Assembly: GCA_051294905.1 (NCBI GenBank)
Contig: CM119372.1
Location: 4,590,001-4,654,000, forward strand
Length of the DNA stretch: 64,000 nt
Reading direction: 5' to 3'
Source of the DNA: Botryllus schlosseri
Lineage: Eukaryota
The notes beneath the pieces are model-generated. The model was not told where the DNA came from. It did no database searches and saw only the letters and a program-made list of their open reading frames with translations. Of this stretch, positions 38,439 to 53,400 are shown in pieces. The first letter of the stretch is position 1. Each line of letters begins with the position of its first letter. The position numbers were made by a program, and so were the translations under genes.

Positions 38439-41400
38439 ATGGATAACAGCACCGAAAAGTCTTCCGATGGACACAGGAAGAGTGCTAATGGATTTACTGG
38501 GAATGCCAATGCGCGGAGCAAACTTGAGCTGATGCGGAAACAGTTTGTTAGCAAGCAGGCGGTTCGGTCAGCTCAAGCAAGACAAGTAATGTGCTTCATC
38601 TTCAAAATAAATTGTGATGTCATATTTCTTTCGATGCCCCTTGTGGTACATTTCATTGTTGTGTCTTTATATAAAATGCTCTCTTCAAGTCTCTTCTACT
38701 TGCTGACGATTAATCCTGATGTTTGTCATCCGAAAATATTCAGTCTGATGATCTTGACTATGCTGAAGTATCACAGAAGTATATTTGTTCGTGACTAGAG
38801 AATTAGCTAACGGGACACAAAATAGCCATAGACCAGTGCTTTTCAACCTCTTTGAACTCCATCCGCACTTTTTTTTGCAAAAAAAAATTTCGTCCGCACA
38901 AAACCACCGTAAATTGTCCCACGAGTAAATCGGAATCTTGGGCAAAGAAATTCACGATACCCCGTGTGTTCTGCTGTTTAGCTCTATCTATCTTGAATTC
39001 GTATAGGAGTTCAATGACCTTGAAGCCCTGGTTCTTTAACTTTCGGAACCATGACAAAATTATGAGTTTTAGTGGTATCTCGCGAGCGAAACCTCACACA
39101 TCAAAAAAAATGCCTTTTTAATGTTATAATAGTATGCTGCGATTTTACGGGCATGTATGACATCGAAAACGCGTAGACAATAGCCCAACATAGCTCCGCG
39201 CAATATGTCGGACACACGTGATATCAAATTGAGTGAATTATTTTACACTGCGCGTCGCGATTGTACTACTACCTACTCAGGTTGCGAGAATGTGACTATT
39301 TAGGGCTTGACCGAGCGTATTAACGTCGAAAGTTCTGGCCAACCAGAGACCGTCATTTTTTGCCAATGATTTGTCGCCACCGATCTTTTTGGCACCTCTC
39401 TTTCCCACCGGTATATTGACCAAAACTTCACGTCTTCATGAGTCCCGACGCTGAAGGGGTTGGCCCTTGAAGTTGCAATGAATGTGCCCCCCACCCCCGT
39501 TGCACACCTACTAAGCCTAAAGCAACCCAAATATCATCGACAATGTCTTCCAGAAATTCTAGGACAACACTTATCAATTTAAACCAATTTGTGATACAAA
39601 GGTCAGCACAGTTTCATGATCAAGCCATAGTTTTGCCCGTGTCGCTTGTTGGCTACTGTACCCAACGCAATGACCTTGGATATATGAAAGCTATCCACAA
39701 GAAATGTTTATTTTATGGCATACATATTAACAGATTGCTCTGGTGACGTGCCGACCCAAAATTGTACCCTTTGCTAACCATACTTTGAGACCCATTAAAG
39801 GGAGAAAACTTGAGTTTCAGTAACTGGCAAATGCGAGACTGTAATGATGGTATTTACTACTGTCTTTGTGCCTCGTGATAATCGAACCGTTATTATGAGA
39901 CTATCATGATTGTTCAGAAAAAGAAAGCTGAAAGTTAATTTTACGTCATTTTTCCCGCGCGTCGCAGGCTCAGACCGACTGATAAACCGTATGCGTGCCA
40001 CCTCAACTGCTTTTGAATGAGACTTCGGATCGCGTAGTGCGCAAATAATAATTCACTGCATCTGGTGCGAGTCAAAGTTATTGTAAATGCCAAGATTATA
40101 GTGGTGCGTCGTAAGTCAAACAAGTTTTTACAATTGCGTACGTTTTTACAACAGTCGGGGAGCCACTGCACCGAATTTCCTATTAGGTGTACTCGAATTA
40201 TTCCATGTCGGAAAAAGTGAGGAATATCCATGGACAATTGTCACTTAGTCCGGGTTCTCATCCGTACCGGTGCGCACCATCACAAAAGTTGAAAATCACT
40301 GCCATAGACGTTCAATAGTTTGGATTCTGTACAAACTTTTTACCACTGATGTGACAAAGAGACCCCCCCCCCCTAATCATGTCCCTCTCTCTGTGATTGT
40401 TTTGCAGTTAGGCAATAAAATTAAATTATAGATTGATTAACTATTTAATTCTAATTGATTAATTAGAGTACACCAATCGACCGATGGATAGCATGTAAAT
40501 ATACCCCATATTGGCATAACCCTCAGCTGCAACATGTGATTGCTTTGCTTGATGCATTTATAAACCGCTATCCAGGAAAAAATTATATATATTGTTGAAA
40601 TGGGCTGATGATGTGGCTGCAAGCCACCCAGAGTATGATAATATATAAGCCTACATGTGGTTTGTATTTTTCTCAGTATCAAAACCTATTATCAATTGTG
40701 ACTGGAGCTGAGCAGCAACACCTGAATACTCATAACCAAGTTCCCCATTGAAAGAATGTTATTCGAGCAGCCATTTTTCAAATTCCTTCAAAGATATGAG
40801 TATCATAAAGTCAGCAAAAGCGTTACGGACACTTTGAAATTCCGATTCTAGTATCGTGTTCAATAGCCTACTTGAGACACCTGTACGACCTATCTACTTT
40901 TATTTCAATTTCAACAGCGCAAGTTTCTTATTCCTTGTTAATGTAGTATCTTGATTCCAGAAGACTCAAAGCGAAAATTCGGACAAGAAAAGTTCCCTGC
41001 CGCGTCAAGTTCAAAACGCTAGAAGTTCCACCGCCGCCGGAACGCGAAAAGACGTCAAACTATCAAAGCTGAACCCCAATGGTAGGTCCAAGTTTTTATT
41101 CAACTCTTCTCTTATTAATTTATTTGTAGTTTATGGTGCGTTATAATGTATGAGTAGATTTTTTGTATTTGTACGCGTGAGATTTGAAGAAATTCACTGA
41201 AAATGTATAGATAGTATTGTCGATTTACATATAGCTGTCCTACTGCACTGCTGCAGGAATACTGCACAGTACGAATCTAGCCAAGCTTGCTATACAGACA
41301 TTTTCTATTCTGGTGCTTACGAGATTGAACTCTGGTTCGATATGAGCTGAACTTGGTTCAATTTTCAAGGTTTCACGAATTCAGTAAATATAATTCTGAC

Positions 41401-44400
41401 TAATCTAATTTTGAAAACTTTGTGTAGCTATAATTCAAATTAATTTTCTTGTCTGTGTGCTTAGTTATATAATGAATGTTGTTCCCGCTTCGAATGATTT
41501 CCTGTGCTCGGTCTAGTGTAAATTCTCGAGACTAATCACCGTTTGATTTAGATCCACAAATCACGACAGAAAGCAGCTCCAAAAATAAGTCAGACGAGGG
41601 TCTGGTCAAAGTCATGCCGACTCATGATAGAAATGGCCCCAGCGAAAGCAGTGAGGTTAAGGAGAAATCCAAAAGGCAGCACATCAGAAGGCCTATACAC
41701 CGGGCCGGTGTGACGTACCGCGTCAAAGACCACGGTAAGGTTTTCCTTAACTGCAAGGATTCTAAAACTGCAGTAGGTTCTAAACAAAGTCCCGTTTTTT
41801 TTTATAAGTTCAACACATAAGCCCTTTGGATCAGGACCAAAAATAGGCCTGCAACCAATTATTTATGTTTGTTTCATACATCTACATTATTTGATACCAT
41901 TTTGTTTGAAACAAACTAGAAATCATGCTGAATTGGTTTGACTTATCCCATATCATCTCAAAAATATAATGCTCATAAACATCGTGTACGTCATATTTGC
42001 GATCACGTATTTCCTCCTGTTTTCTCTTCACGTGTGTCGATTTTGACTTCACGAGTCATGTGAATTGCTATCGGTCCCGGCTTACCTGACAGGTTGACAT
42101 TGAAGTTGGTTTATTTATCCTTTTCTCAGTTCAAAACATCACAAATTTTAAAAGATGTAAATGATTCGAATGGTCTCGGCTTACAACAAAATGAATGATA
42201 ATTGTATAGCCCATAGCAAATAATAAAATACCATTAAATTGCGTGAAACATCTTCGTTTTGTGCTAATTTTGGCTTAGCTTGTTTTCCGGTGTACCGGTA
42301 TGTGTAAATATTGTACAAAAGCGATTTTGAATACTTGAATGTTTGTTTGGTTATGTTATATTTCAAATACACTTACTTTTTTTATTCCAAACTGGTAATT
42401 TGATTGTTTCTTGTCATTGTTTTCATGCATGTTTTTTCCTGTGTAAATGGTGCATGTGTTTTTCCATTGTAGGCTGACGCTTGAATTGAAATTGTTTTAA
42501 ATTTTTGCAGTAAAACCTCCCAGCGACGATACGGAGCTGCAGAACGAAAATATCTTGAATCAAATCCGTGCCAAAGGCCCCATGGTGGGTAAACAGTGTA
42601 GGCCTATTATCGCAATAATAATATAGGCCTATGTCTGAGACAATTTGTGTTGTGAGAGTGATATTTCGTGCTGCCTTGGCAGGTCGTTAAAAACAATGCT
42701 ACCGTGACTGAATTAGAGGCTGGAACGGAAACCAACAAGGCAAATTGCACCATTCCTGAGGTGAGATGTGATAAGTGTTGCCTTTTTCTGCGTATGAAAT
42801 GTTTCTCTCTCACTTTGTAAGCCGCTACTACAACAACTGCAACAATGTTTGTTATTGTGTCAGAGCGGCATATGGAATTTGTCATTCAGAGGCAAATAGA
42901 TGCTTCAACCTGACAGCGCAATGCAGTTGTGTATACGTTAGGTTGAATATCCGTCCTTAGCTGCACTCAAACTGTGGACAGAATAAGTGATAAAACTGAC
43001 ATGATACAAAATATGTAATTACTTGCATTGCATCCAAGAATCATATCGAATAATACTATCTTTTGATCAGTTTTTGAACTGCATAAATACTATGTACAGG
43101 TTTACCAATACAGGAATTTAACAATTCAGGAAACACTTGGTGGTTACCCTAACTAAAGGAAACATAAGATATGCCCAATAGTGAAGCCCACTACAGTGGA
43201 ATGATATACAAGTCTTTATACAGTGTATAATTAGTAACTGATGGCTTTAAAATGGACAATTTTTCTTTCTGCTAGCCTAGATGGATACAGTATATATTTT
43301 GGTTAAATAACGATGAGCTTCTTGGTACAGAACTTCAATATTACAGCTGAATATCATATTGATATAAGCACAAATCTATTTTCGGCTGACACTGACCCCT
43401 GGACATTCGGGTTTAATTAAATATGAATATACCATTCGATTGAATAAGACTTTAACAGCTTGATGGCACTTTGCACTTTACCTACAGAATTTTAGCCCAT
43501 ATCCTTTGATGTTTCTCTGTGTACTTTACTGTGATAAACCATAATTTTCTGAACGAAGTCGTTGTTTTTGTTCCAATATGATTTTGTCCTTTGAGTTTAA
43601 ATTGCAATATAACGTTGGCTGAACCTTTATTAATATTGATCATGAATTCTTAGAGTAGGTTATAAAAAATTAGAAACATCTCAGACAATGATTTTTATTG
43701 GCAGACGAGCAGGACAACAAGTGTGACGTCGCCGAAACTTGCAGGGAATCGTGCTCAGGTATGCTGTAAGCAGGGCCGCGCACAGTGATTCGAGTATTAA
43801 TTCCAATGCTCCGAGTCCAGTAGCGTCAGAGCACTGAAATTTTACAGTCTTTGCCACTAAGAGTTAATTTCATCAACGAGAATTATTGTTCCGATACTGT
43901 TACGCGCCGCGGGAAGCCTTGAAATCTCAATCAGTCATATCGCAGCATGCCAAATATGTAGTGCAAATCTATTGTAAGTAGGGCATACCAAATCTTCGAC
44001 GGTGCCCTTACCCATTTGCTTTGCGGACAGGCCAGCGACCGGGGGAGTCCGAAAATCAAAAGGATATCAAGTCCGGTGAGCCGTGCGCCGGTGAGGGGCC
44101 GTAACCCCTCCCCGAAGGGCCGCAATCCGTCTCCGTTGAACAGACCGCCATCGCCGAACACAGACGGAATATCGCCCTACAGTCCGGAAGACACTGCAAA
44201 AAAGGTATGTCGATATGTTGACAACAGGTATTTCGGGTAAACTCGTTTATTTCTGGGAGCGATATTTGGTTTTTAAGATTGGATTTTGAAAAATAGAAAG
44301 CAGTTTGGAATCAGTTTGCGTTGCTATTACGAGTGGAATTGTGCCTGCACCGCTTCGACTGTAGCCTATATATTTTCGAAGGTTTCACGTATTTGTAGTT

Positions 44401-47400
44401 TCATGAGTAGGGCGAGTTTTTGTTGCACTTAAATCGTGAGAAATTTTAACAAACGTTACAGTAAGCTACAAAATACCGACAGTAGGGTTGTTCGAAAATA
44501 TTTTTTTTACCGAATTTCGGGGTTTCACCAATTGAATTGGTAGGTTGCCCCAAAAAAAACGCTGCACGCCAAATATGGATCGATTCCTACTGGTAGATGT
44601 GAATGCGCAGGAGTCTGAAAAGTTTGAATGTGTTACAAAAAAATATTTTTATAAAGCGTCAAATTTTTCTGTCAACCCCGTGAAATTGTTGAGATGTCTA
44701 AAAGAACGATGCTTAACAATTTTTGCACACTTCCAGCCGGTGGAAGCGAATTTTTTGCAGCTGAAAATCTTGGACATGCAAAAATAACTTGACTGGTGGG
44801 TAATCCCAGAATCATCAATGAGAAGCTCAAATAACTGAATGTCGTTGCATTTCGGGTCCGTTTTTTCTAATTTCTCACCCGTTTAATTACAATGCGTCAC
44901 AGACGTTCGATGCTTGACTTACATTCCAAATATGTCGATAAATATTATTTACGTTTTCATGAACACAATACACGTTCCCTTTGATACCACGCCGCAGTGT
45001 TCAAAGTGGTTCTTGAGGTTTTCGAGGCATACTCTGGCGGTCCTTGATGCCCTTGTTCGCTTGTACAAAGTATTTGATCTTTGATCTCTTATTGACGAGC
45101 GTTTTCCTCGTTTGTTCCAGGTCGCCAGGGTGATGAAGGCGCGACTCTACCTTCTGCAGCAGAACGGGCCCAACTCATTTCGTATCGGAGGTGACTCGCC
45201 CGAGCATAAGTTTCGGATTATTCTGGGCCCTCAGGTACGGTTCTATGTCAATTCTGGATTGTTTCCCCGTATTGCTGTCCCGAATTGACATGAACGTATA
45301 ATAATTCTGTGGTAATTTATAGAGCTTGGCAATATCGAGTGTCTTGGGCTTGGGTTGAGTATTCGAGTACCATTGGTTATTACTAGGACCTAAAAAACGG
45401 AAGATTTTGACCTAAAAATCAAAATTTTGACATTGTTTTACCTTACAAACTGAATTTTGACAAAATTTAGCCCTCTTTAATGTAAATTAGGCATTTTCGC
45501 ACATAGTGTTAGAATTGTACTACTCATCTTCATTTCTGGATGGAACTGTCTGTCCTCCTTACGAAGTAGTTTGGCTTGAAAAATCTTTTTGCCTTGAAAA
45601 CTGACAAATTTTCATATGAAAAAACTTTATTTTAACGAAATCTGGACCTATGAAGGATTCTAGTAGTTACATCACGCGTTATGGTAGAAATAATAAAAAT
45701 TTGTTGTAGTGCAACGGAAGATAGTTTCCTACATTCTTCGGTAGAAAGTGTCTGTCCTTACTAAGTAGCTTGCCAAGACTTGAGAACGTTTAACAGCAGC
45801 AGCTGTTGGCTGGCAACACTCAAGTTGTGCGTACACTGCTGGCGACACACCGCGTTTCTTCATTCTGACAATGTTGTCCACACCTTAATACAACCAAATA
45901 CTCCATCGTTTCAGCTTACATTACTTTATGGACTCTGTTTTGCAGACTTGCAGCTGCGGCCGAACGTTCTGCGCCCATCTCCTGTTTGTCATGTTGAGAG
46001 TCTTCAAACTGGACCCTTCCAGCCCGTTGCTGTGGCGTCGGAAGCTGAAAAATTTCGAGGTGCGTCCCGACAATAATATATTCCGATATATTCTCCTTAA
46101 GTCATAATCCTTCTCGTTTAGGTGGAAAGCCTTTTGCGGGATTATCAGGAACGATGTAACTCTAGAATTTCTCCCAAACGCAAGTCAAGAGTCAAGCGAA
46201 TGGTGAATCAGATATCCCACGGCAATCAGCAGGAGACTTCCAGCAACAGTGATGACCAGTATGTATTCTCTTTGGCCAAACTTGATAGTTGTATATAATT
46301 ATATAATTAGACTAAATGGAGTGAAATGTTTCTATGCTCTGATTATAATTCTTGTCCAATTTCTGGTTTTTGGCTCAATCCCAACCAGTAGAAGTTATCG
46401 GAGTACAAGATTTTGGATCTGCAAAATATAGTATTTACTGCGGCAAATTCTTCAATTAAAATTATTTATTACAGATCCACCCACCGTAAACACTACCGTA
46501 TGATTTAAAATCTTAAATTTTGAATGTCAATAACTTGGCTTCCGCTGGTCGGAATTGAGTCAAATTTCTTGCGCGTCGTTTTTTCAGACGACTCAATAGT
46601 TTCACGGGGTAGCCAGTGAAATTTGGAAAAAAATGATATTTTTATTTTTATTAAATGAATCGTAAAATTTTATACCACAAGAACTTCACGCCGGCAGGTT
46701 GAAATGGAGTCGAAATTGGTGTGCAGCGTTTTTTTAGGTTGCCCAACAATTTTTTTATCAAGTAGCCAGTTAAATTTGAAACAAATAGTTACTTTTGAAC
46801 AGCCCCGCCAAGCTTTGTGTACGGACGGACACTTGGCATTATCGTGCTTATGAGATTGAACTCTGGTATGATTTGAACTTGATTTTTGTAGTATTTCATC
46901 TAATCAGGAATTTAAATCAATGTCCAAGTTTTTCCGAATTCAGTGAATCCAATTTTAACCTGAATTGGAAAAGCTGGATATTTTCTAGTTGTTGGCGTTT
47001 TTGTGAAGTTTTCTGTTTTAATCACCTTGTAATGGATAGTTGTATCAGCAGATATCCACGTTGTTGTGGTCGCGCACGTTAAACAGAACCGCCCAAAGGC
47101 ACCGATGATATACAGAGGGCCGTAATTACGTTGTGTTAAATTTAAATAATCTAGCAATTTAGCCTCGAGTTATGGTTGTATTATTTTAACGTACTTCTAG
47201 TCGACTGTTTGGATTCCGTATAACGTTTTATGATTTTTCGCTAAACCGTAAACGTGTTAATAATTGCCACAGTCGTAATGGTCCTAGCGATAATTTTGTC
47301 ATTGAAATTTGATATTCTCCCTCCCCCATAATTATGACGCTCAAAGATGACTCGGCAAGGTAGCTCTATCTAGCAAGGACTAGTTCTAAACGAGAAATCG

Positions 47401-50400
47401 GTATAAAACTGTAAAAATAACGATCACTGCTCCATCCTGTATCAGTTCTGTGAGTTTGATATCGTAAGATCAAAAATATTTGAAGTTAGAATCTCTCTTT
47501 ATGGACGGCATTAGACCGCAAACACGCTTGTATCATTGCAATCAAGTTGGTACATCATGCCTCACCAAATCGGTTTCATTCGAACCTCTGTTTATATACT
47601 TGTTATTGTGGAGTTACCTCTTGGTAAGAGGCACAAGTAAAGTCTACCAGTAAATTATCCTGTGAAGACAACAAATTCACGATTATTTTATTCTGTGTAC
47701 ATTGTATTCAATCAGCCTGGTATCAATAAATGCGCGCAGGAAACTTGGTAACTGTACTAATTGCAAAATCTGCAAAAACAGTGGTCTATGTGTCATGTCT
47801 CTGACGGCTTTATACGTATTTTGTTAACTATGCCGGACTTCTTGTGTGATGTATCATTCACTCATGCATCTGAATCGTACTTTCGATGCTTCAAAGTTTA
47901 TTTAAATTGTATTAGATATGAGTGGGAACGGGCTGTGCTATAATACACACTCACACGAATTGCAAAAAGTCCGAAAGATTTTCAGAGTCTCGACAGTCAA
48001 TACTATTTGATATGTCATGTAATTCAAATGTGACTTGTGTTGGGGCGTTGTTGTGTTAGGTCTTTTCATAAGGGTGCGGGATTTGGTGTCTTGTTTTGAT
48101 ACAACCATTGCGCCGGTCATTATGTACAGTGATACGTAAAGCCATGCTTCAGACGTAGGTAGAGTTATTTTGTCTGCGCTCGTTTGAGAGCTATTCGTGC
48201 GTTAAGAGTGACTGGATTTTCAGTGCTTAAATTGGCAGGTTCTATTGTATCTCGAGTCGTTAAGTTATCACATTTGTGATCTGCAAAAGTAATAGTCACA
48301 TTTGGAACTATTTCAATTGCTGGAATTCTGTTTATCTGAACACTTGGCCAATTTTTACGGTGAAGACCAAACCCTACTACGTGAAACTTCTATCACCGAT
48401 GGCGTTGCATGCTGTGATGCTCACTAATCCTTGTGCAACGATCTGTCATTTGTTTTAGACAGTACGCCTCAGTTAACTGGATTGGTATTTACAATCGTTG
48501 TGGGCGTACTCAACAAAATACGTTAGCTTCAAGACTACTTTGTAATAATTCTGCTCATACTCGATCGACACATTATGAATCACTCTCCAATGCGTAAGAT
48601 GACCGTTACGTCAAAGAAATCAATTAATTGTCGTTTGACGTTGCGATTTTGATTGATATTGTTCCTTTTGACCTGTTGTTCAGCCGTTTCTGATACCATT
48701 GTATAGTGTGGTTCACGTTTTCGTTTTTGTAAATTAGCGAATCGGAAAGTCCGCTTCGTGATAGTAACGAAACATGTATTGGCAGTGCCGTTGTCTAAGG
48801 GACGTTTCTGTAAGTATGTAACGCGATGAAAATAATGATTATGTACAACAGTTGAACACCAAAAGTCATGTAAATATGTTGTGTGGATGTCTTGAAATTT
48901 CTTGTTTCTTTGTGTATTGCAGTCGTGTCGAATGATTCTATTTTGGGGCAGACGTAATCACGTTAGCACAATATCTGATTCCGTGCATACGTTTAAAAGC
49001 AATGTTCCGTTTTATTCTCTGTATTTTGTTGGTTAAAGTTTGCATTACTTGCTTAATAACTCAATGCTAGCCTACCTTCAGCCATCTGTTTCCTATCTCC
49101 CTAGTATTCATTTTCAATGTGCTGATCTTTTCATTGCTTAGGCTCCTGGTATCGGCAGCATTTTAGTTTCACGTATATCAAGGACTCGAGGTTAATGCCA
49201 AAGTGACACAGCTCCTATCCTAATTTGACTTTCAAGCTATGTTTAGTTTGCAAAAAGTTGGACCTACTTGGCTACTTGTAATTAAACGGCCCTTTTTTGA
49301 GCCAGTATTTTCAAATCATACACAGACACTAGCGTTGTTCAATAATAACTTTTTTTTTCCGAATTCCGGGGATTCTCTGATTACATTTTTAGGTTGTTTA
49401 AAAAACGATGCACACCAAATTTGGCTCGATTACAGCCGGTAGAAGCGAACTAATTGCAATTGAATATTTTGGATTTGCAAAAATTGCCTGGACGGTGGGT
49501 AATCCCAGAATTATTAATGAAAAACTCAAATAACTTCGCCTCTACGGGTTGGAATCGCGTCGCGTTGTTTCGCGTCGTTTTTGCAGACAATTCAACAATT
49601 TAATATGGTTGACAGCATTATTTAAAATCTAAAAAAAAATTATAACAAATTCTAAATTTTCAAACTCCTTTTTAGGCAACCAAAAAATTTAATCGGTAAA
49701 TCCCCGGAGTCCGAAAAAAAAGGTTAGCCCGAAATGAAGAAGGTCATTATCGTCATGGAGCCTGCAAAATTATAATATTTCGATCTTGTAGATTTCTGCA
49801 TAGATTTTTTCAAATAAAATTTCAGGTTTTAAATTTTGGTTACCGCCAGCATATAGTTCCATTTCTTTCCCCATGTTTCTGATTAAAACAGGCAGGCCCG
49901 TTTCAGCGTAAGACTCCTCGTTTTTGCGTTATCGTTTGGATTTTTGTGTATGTCTGTCAACTTTGACGTCTCTCGTTCTCAATACATAATAGGGTCGTTG
50001 CTAATTTTGTTCCCTTTTCCGCAGTTCGTCGAAGGGAGAGGAGGAAAACTGCCCGATATGCCTCCTGCAAATGATCGACGACGAACCTATCACCGTGTGC
50101 GAGGTCGGATGCAGAAATAAACTGCACACACACTGTGTCGACATATGTAAGTATCACTATCCAGACTCACATTATCTAATTAGACTAATTAGAGCGAAGC
50201 GCCAGTAATCAAATTCTAATCTAATTTGTGAATTGTTTCTATCCTCTTATGTTAATTCTAATCCAATTTCTGGTTTTCTTGAAAATGCTGGGCAACTGTA
50301 GCCTATGCCGCGAAACCAGCCAAGCTTGCTGTACAGATATTTGGCATTCTTGTGCTGTGAAAATGAACTTTGGTTTTATACCAACTGTACTTGATGGTTG

Positions 50401-53400
50401 TCGTGTTTCTTCCTGATTCGGAGAATAGTTCAATGTCCAAGTTTTTTCCAGTGTTTCGAATTTGATTTGGAAAAATCTGCGCGGCCAGAGTTCTAATTCA
50501 AATATAATTTGGAAAAGCTGCAAGTTTTCAAGCTGTGCAGTAGGGTTGTTCAAAAAAAACTTTTTTTTCCAAATCTCACTCGCCTAGTGACTAAATCGTC
50601 AGGTTGTCTAAGAAAACGATGCACACCAAATTTGACTTAATTCGAACCAGTAGAGGCCGTGCAATCTTGAATTTAAATTAAAATTTATTATTTAAAATTA
50701 AAAAAAAAAATTTCAAATTTTTCTGTTAACCTCATAAAATTGTTGAGCTGTCTTCAAAGGCGATGCAAAACAAATTTGAGTCAATTCCGACTTGTAGAAG
50801 CGGAGTTATGTGAGTTTTTCATTGATAATCCCCGGATCAAAGATAATCCGAGAATTATCAACGAAAAACTTGAATCATTCCGCTTCTACAAGTCGGAACA
50901 ACAATTTCATGGGGTTAACAGAAAAATTCTAATTTTTTTTTAATAATTTTTAATGATAAATAAAAAAATTTAATTCAAGATTGCACGGCCTCTACTGGTT
51001 CGAATTAAGTCAAATTTGGTGTGCATCGTTTTCTTAGACAACCTGACGATTTAGTCACTAGGCGAGTGAGATTTGGAAAAAAAGTTTTTTTTGAACAACC
51101 CTACTGTGCAGCTGTGCTACCATGGTCTGTGTCGGTGATCCTGCTGCAGCTAGATTGCCGCTACCTTTCCAGGGGCGGAAGAATGCAGGAGAAACGCGGA
51201 CGCGTTAAAGTGTCCTTTATGCCGCGTCGTGTGGAAGCCGGCGGAAACGACACGGAGGCCGTTTATGGTGGAAATTCCCAGGGAGTACGAGGACACCGCG
51301 GACACCTGGGTTCGGGTGAGTGCTGGGTACAACCGAACTAATATCGGATTTTTGACACGATAAATCTGATAACTTGCACCTTCGCTGATAAGCTAGGGCA
51401 AGTTTTTGCAACTTTTTCTTTACAACTTCCGACAGCTTCCTAAATACTCGGAACTCATGTGGTGTGGTGTTTTAAGCTGTATGGAGCGATCTTATATTGC
51501 AGCTTTTTGCAACCTATCTTTATTTTTTCATGCAACATTCTGAAACTCTTTTCGATTTTTCATGCAAACAACTTTTTACTGGAAATATTTTGCGCTATAT
51601 GTAAATAGATCGCTTGATTATTTCAATATCGTATAAAATTGAGGTCCTTTCTGATTTGGCATACGCTCAGGGTAGACCGCTGAAACTTATATTTTTATTG
51701 GGTCAATTTTTACATGTGATTGATTTTGTTGAAAATAACTTAACATATTCGGCCGATATTCAAAGGATACGGCATCTAGCACAATGCACGTTTCCAGAGT
51801 ATTTCTTAGAACAGAGTCACAACCATTGTTACGCTTGGAAGTGAAATAACCGAGAATGGCTGCATCTGGACACCTGTCAGCGAATGTGGTCGATAGGGTT
51901 GTTCAAAAATAACCTTTGTTTCTGGATTCCGGGGATTTACTGATTAAATTGTCTAAAATAAATAACACCGCGCACTAAATTTGGCTCGATTCCAACTGGT
52001 TGATGTGAACGCGTGGAAAATTTTGAATTTCTTGAAAAAAAGTTTTGAAATTTTACTGTCAACCACATGACATTGGTAAGTAGTCTGAAAAAACGATGCT
52101 CAAGAATTTTTGCTCACTGGCAACCGGTAGAAGCGAGGTTATTGCAGTTTAAAATTTTGGCTTCGTTTAAAATAACCTGGACGGTTGGTAATTCCAGAAT
52201 GATTGATGAAAAACTAAAATAACTTCGCTTCGACTGGTTTGAGTTGCGTCAAATTTGTTTTGCGTCGTTTTTGTAGACACCTCAACAATTTCATGGGATA
52301 CAGTAAAATTAGGAATTTTTTTCAAACTTTTTATAATAAATTAAAAATTTTCAAACTCCTGTGCGTTCACACATCTACTAGTTGGAATCGAGCCAAATTT
52401 GGTGTGTTGTGGTGTTTTGGGTAAACTCGCAATCTAATAACCAGCGAATGCCTGGAACCCGGGAAAAAATGTTATTTTTGAGCAACCCTACGTAGGGCGG
52501 AGGATTAGATCAATGTTGTCTAGTCTGGCAGTCTGTCTGCCAATTTTGTTTACCTCAAACGGGCGATACCGATATTTCTTTGAAACCGGGATATTGACAA
52601 GATGTTATGTGCGATGATTTCCCGATAATTGACTCGAGCCGATCGAATTTGACTCGGATTTTTTGCTGACACCGTTGTTTTTCCAGGCTTTCGGTTGGGA
52701 GCTCGTCACTTGCTTGTTTTCCTCGCATGCCAACATCAGGGAGAACGGTCTGCGGAGATTGTCGCATGATATCACGGGGGCGCTACTAACTACGCAGCCA
52801 TACGACATCCCCGATGATCACTCTGAAGATTCGGACCGGTGAACATGCTTACTTTTGTTGGCAGTTGTATAAGATTTTCCAAAAGACGTCCCGATATATG
52901 GCCCCTAATATTGAATGATATATTTCAACTTTTATCAAAATACACCAACCTAAACAGAATTTTGAGGTCCTTTCCGATGTGACGTACATTTAGGCGGGAC
53001 CGCCGAAAACTATATTTTCGCTGGGTCAATTTTTTCAGGCTGTTGATTTTGCTGCAGTCGCCGACATTGAGTTTCTCTACAGTGCCTTGGATAGGAAATG
53101 ATTCGAGGATCTCACACCCTCATAATTTCGAGGAACTTGTCCATGAATGCAACTTTTTAACGCAACTTTTGTGAAAGTTAAATGCAACCTTTTTACTGCA
53201 ACTTTTGCGAAAAATTATTGTAACTTTCCACGGATTTGACTGCAACAAAAACTTATAGTAATCATCTTGTGGGCCAGATGTGGTAGTAGGGTTTAAACGA
53301 AATTTGATATAGACATCCAAACACGCTTGACGTGCACGGAAAAATTTTAATATTTGCAGGGGAAACATTCATCATAATATCGTTACGATCCGAAGCCGTC